Shown here piece after piece: positions 61,122 to 64,000 of a stretch of DNA of 64,000 bases. A program made the translations under genes and the position numbers. Positions within the stretch are counted from its first letter, which is position 1; every line of letters starts with the position of its first letter. The DNA is from Amoebidium appalachense (taxonomy: Eukaryota > Protista > Ichthyosporea), in contig CAVNZM010000003.1 of NCBI GenBank assembly GCA_963693365.1, positions 4,039,106 through 4,103,105 of the forward strand, written 5' to 3'. Below the pieces are notes generated by a model. The model did not search any database. It was given only the letters and a program-made list of their open reading frames with translations, and was not told the DNA's origin.

Positions 61122-61931
61122 ATGAGCTTGTCTGAGTATGAAGAGAAGGCTCTCGCATGTCTCACAGACGCACACAAGGAAAACAGAGACCTCGGTGTCA
61201 AACAAGCGCTCCGTCTCCTTCAAACAACCATTCCAGATATAGCAGTAGACACAAAACGTGCACGTGAATTACTAAATACCGCTAAGGTTAAACTTGGCCC
61301 ATACGAGCCAGCTGAATCCATCGCTGCATCCATATCAGAGCTTTCTGTGACTCCATCACCTACCACACTGGTACCTTCCCAAGGTCCCCCAAAAAACAAG
61401 ACGAAGGCACGCGCACAAGCCGCGGCCTCCACCTACGACCGTCCAGACAACAACGTAGAACATCCGAAACTTTTCTCCAAGGGGCTTAAATTTAGTTTGG
61501 TAGAAACGGACAATGGCCTGGTTGTGGACATCGGTGGGAAAGCGGCACCTGTGAAAAATCGACCGGCCGTTCTGCGCCATCTGGTAAACGCACGAAATAA
61601 CCCCACGGCAGTTGGTCTTTCCAGAAAGTTGCTGGTTCACCTTCCGAAAACACAGGCGGAGGCAGATTACTACGGGGTGTGGTATTACATGCAAGCGCTT
61701 GTGCAGGGTGGGCTAGACACCGATGAGAACCTTGTTTTGCTGTTTGGGAGCAAGGAAAATGTCGCAGACATGCAAGCAGATGCAAGGGCGGCAATGGTGT
61801 TTATGCACACCACTGGAGTCGGACAGAAGTTTGAGGATATTGATGTGGAGCCAAACCCACGCTCATTTACCAAGGAAGAACTAGCTCCTTTCAAAGATCT
61901 GGCTCCTTTCAAGGAGGGGTTGTTCGGGTGA
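61122..61931 (+). CDS. Hypothetical protein, 269 aa, intronless
   Basis: Clean ORF of normal amino-acid composition and free of simple repeats: helical N-terminal domain, Ser/Pro linker, globular C-terminal part. No family recognised. Confidence 0.78.
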   Translation: MSLSEYEEKALACLTDAHKENRDLGVKQALRLLQTTIPDIAVDTKRARELLNTAKVKLGPYEPAESIAASISELSVTPSPTTLVPSQGPPKNKTKARAQAAASTYDRPDNNVEHPKLFSKGLKFSLVETDNGLVVDIGGKAAPVKNRPAVLRHLVNARNNPTAVGLSRKLLVHLPKTQAEADYYGVWYYMQALVQGGLDTDENLVLLFGSKENVADMQADARAAMVFMHTTGVGQKFEDIDVEPNPRSFTKEELAPFKDLAPFKEGLFG

Positions 61932-63004
61932 TGGAGCGTATAAAGGATATCGGTGCCACAACCGCAAAAAGGAGCACAAAAAGGGTTAATCTACATAGTA
62001 CTAAGGATTGATTCTTTTCTGGTGTGGAACGGAACTCATATGCAACTTCCACGACGTGTTAGGACGAAGTTTGGACGAAAGTATCATTTTAAAACGGTTT
62101 GTCAAATAAATATATAAGCGGCTGAAGCTAGCTAAGACAATCTGGTAGAGTAGCCCAAACAGGGTGGAGTTGGTCCTGGGGTGGGGTTATGGGGGAAAGA
62201 GGGAGGGTTGGGGGGGGGGGGGGGGGGGTGAAGGTGGTGGGTGGTGGGTGGGTGGGAGAGGGGGAGGGGGGGGGGGGGGGGGAAGGGGGGGGGGCAACAG
62301 AAACATCTCAGAGAGGGGGAGGGGGGAGGGGGGGGGGAGGGGGGGGGGGGGGGGGGGGGGGCTGGAGGATTGGGAGGTTCCACATAGTCGAGGTAGCTCA
62401 GCGAGAATATTGTATGATAACGGTGCAAGCTTCTAATATTAGATCTTTGCATAGTTTGTGAGAAAGATGACCACACCGATACGAATCAGTGTGTGTGCCT
62501 GCAGACCTATGAATTTAAGTCGTACTCTTCGTAGCTCCTGAATTCTGCGCTATGACCAGAATAAATTCACTTGCAGGAAGCACTTATGCATGCTTTTTCG
62601 CTTCTTTGATCCTGCTCCGGTCAAGTCCTTGTTGGCCTTTAGGGGTGCATTTCCCTTAGAGCACAGGGGATAACGTGCAAGAACGATAACGTGTATCTTT
62701 GCTCCTCAAGTCCATGTTGGCCACGGAGGGTGCACTTTGTCTCTAGACAGGGCGGTTATCTTCGCACAAACAGGTAACACAGTGAAGACGTGCAGTTTTG
62801 AGTTTGAGTACAGTTTATTCCTTCTGAGAGGCATTCGCAACTCGCAAGGGGCTACATCCGGAGCAATCGTTGCTCGGGAGCTTAGGTTACATCTTTACAC
62901 TTCATTCACATTCGTAAAGGCTAGCCGTATCAACTATAACATTCAAAATATATCAGAAACACATCCTTGATCTCACACTATTTGGCTCTTTAGATTACAT
63001 TCGT

Positions 63005-64000
63005 TCACTGGTTTAATTTCAGCCGCACAACTGTCGGGTGCAGGCTATCCTTCGCATGCTGGGTCACATCGCTTGCGCTCCTTGGCCTCTTAGCTGGACC
63101 GTTTGAAATAGTGGTTGACGCAACACTAATAGTGGTGTCGGAAAACGATCCGATGGTTACGTTCTGCGCCTCGGGCCACTGTTCGCTGATAAACTCAAGT
63201 GCCTCTCGTGCTGTGCATCTCTCGGCGGGGTTCACTTGCAACATGTGCAGAAGAAGGAAACGTGCCGGGTTGGAAAATGACCGCCACGGCTCAGCAGAGA
63301 GATCGTTTCGCTTGAAACGACGGAAACCCGAGCTGCTGTCGTCTGCGCGAGACCAAGGGAAGTCATACTTGGTGTTTGAGCACAGAAGCGTCCACAGAAG
63401 GATTCCAGCTGCCCAAACATCAGATTTCATAAGACACGAGTCCATGACACCAGCAAGAAGTTCGGGGCACACATACTCCTCCGTTCCTGGAACAGTGGCG
63501 GATACCTCGTTAAGGTCACAGGCAAAACCAAAGTCGATAAGGCGGACATCATCAGACCCGGGGCTAACACGAACAACGTTCTCAAGCTTGATGTCTCGGT
63601 GTGCCATGTGTCGTTCCTCGTGAAGGTAGACTAGAGCGCGCAATACGCCACGCATCCATGCCATGACTTTTGCCTCGGTGATGTGCTGGCCGCCGGCTAC
63701 TGCGTCGAATAGGTCACCACCGCCGAGGTATTCTTGAACGAGGAAAAACTGGGTAGGTGTCTCGATGAACTTGTATGCCTTAGCAATGTTCGCGTGGTTT
63801 AGCCCTTTTTGCATTCTTACTTCGCGGCGTATTATGCGTTCGTTTGACTCGGTGCGGCTAACAACCTTAACGGCGTATCTCTGCCCAGTGGTTGCGTCGC
63901 GCGCTTCGTGCACTGCAGCTGTGCTGCCCGTGTTCATTGTGCGAACAAACTCGAAACTCGAACTTATGGTGGATGGGCGTGTCTGTTGTGTGGTTGTGAT
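63005..64000 (-). CDS. Ser/Thr protein kinase (CAMK-group-like), intronless in the visible part; N-terminus extends beyond window
   Basis: YAVK, RREV, HANI, QEYLGGGDLF, HRDIKLEN, DFG, GTEEYVCPE, SDVWAAG, PAERCT. The frame stays open from 63937 to the window edge (...SSFEFVRTMNTGSTAAV). Confidence 0.93.
   Translation of the reverse strand: MTTTQQTRPSTISSSFEFVRTMNTGSTAAVHEARDATTGQRYAVKVVSRTESNERIIRREVRMQKGLNHANIAKAYKFIETPTQFFLVQEYLGGGDLFDAVAGGQHITEAKVMAWMRGVLRALVYLHEERHMAHRDIKLENVVRVSPGSDDVRLIDFGFACDLNEVSATVPGTEEYVCPELLAGVMDSCLMKSDVWAAGILLWTLLCSNTKYDFPWSRADDSSSGFRRFKRNDLSAEPWRSFSNPARFLLLHMLQVNPAERCTAREALEFISEQWPEAQNVTIGSFSDTTISVASTTISNGPAKRPRSASDVTQHAKDSLHPTVVRLKLNQ

Noticed and set aside
62600-62755. 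Direct repeat (TCAAGTCC.TGTTGGCC...GGGTGCA) as LTR or regulatory RNA
   Set aside because: Only two degenerate units of about 60 bp with no terminal signals; most simply an old local duplication.

Overview
This window is eukaryotic and intron-rich, probably from a unicellular holozoan such as an ichthyosporean (inferred from an SH3BP5-like gene, a PLD1/2-type gene and an LTR primer site matching the animal-type initiator tRNA-Met). Almost all short ORFs in the track are artefacts of poly-C/poly-G, (CA)n, (CT)n and (TTTC)n tracts. Hand-splicing with GT-AG and phase checks gives five spliced models: the 3' part of an EamA/DMT transporter (+, to 4147), a secreted FN3/lectin-like gene with a premature TAG (+, 7664-10403), a 25-exon phospholipase D with two Cys-rich N-terminal repeats (+, 13739-38919), a 14-exon SH3BP5-like gene (-, 48806-60405) and a low-confidence small gene (-, about 46.3-48.0 kb). 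Three ORFs are intronless: a C2H2 zinc-finger protein (44676-45458), a hypothetical protein (61122-61931) and a Ser/Thr kinase running off the right edge. An intron-containing tRNA-Tyr lies inside a PLD intron. Mobile DNA includes a young non-autonomous LTR element lacking a normal polypurine tract, a TTAA-flanked Kolobok-like MITE and a two-copy degenerate coding repeat. The most notable element is an abundant family of 5'-truncated retroelement 3' ends that sit in or end at poly(C) tracts, include a pseudo-LTR-like tandem, and are all in the sense orientation of their host introns. No databases were searched, so family assignments rest on recognised motifs.
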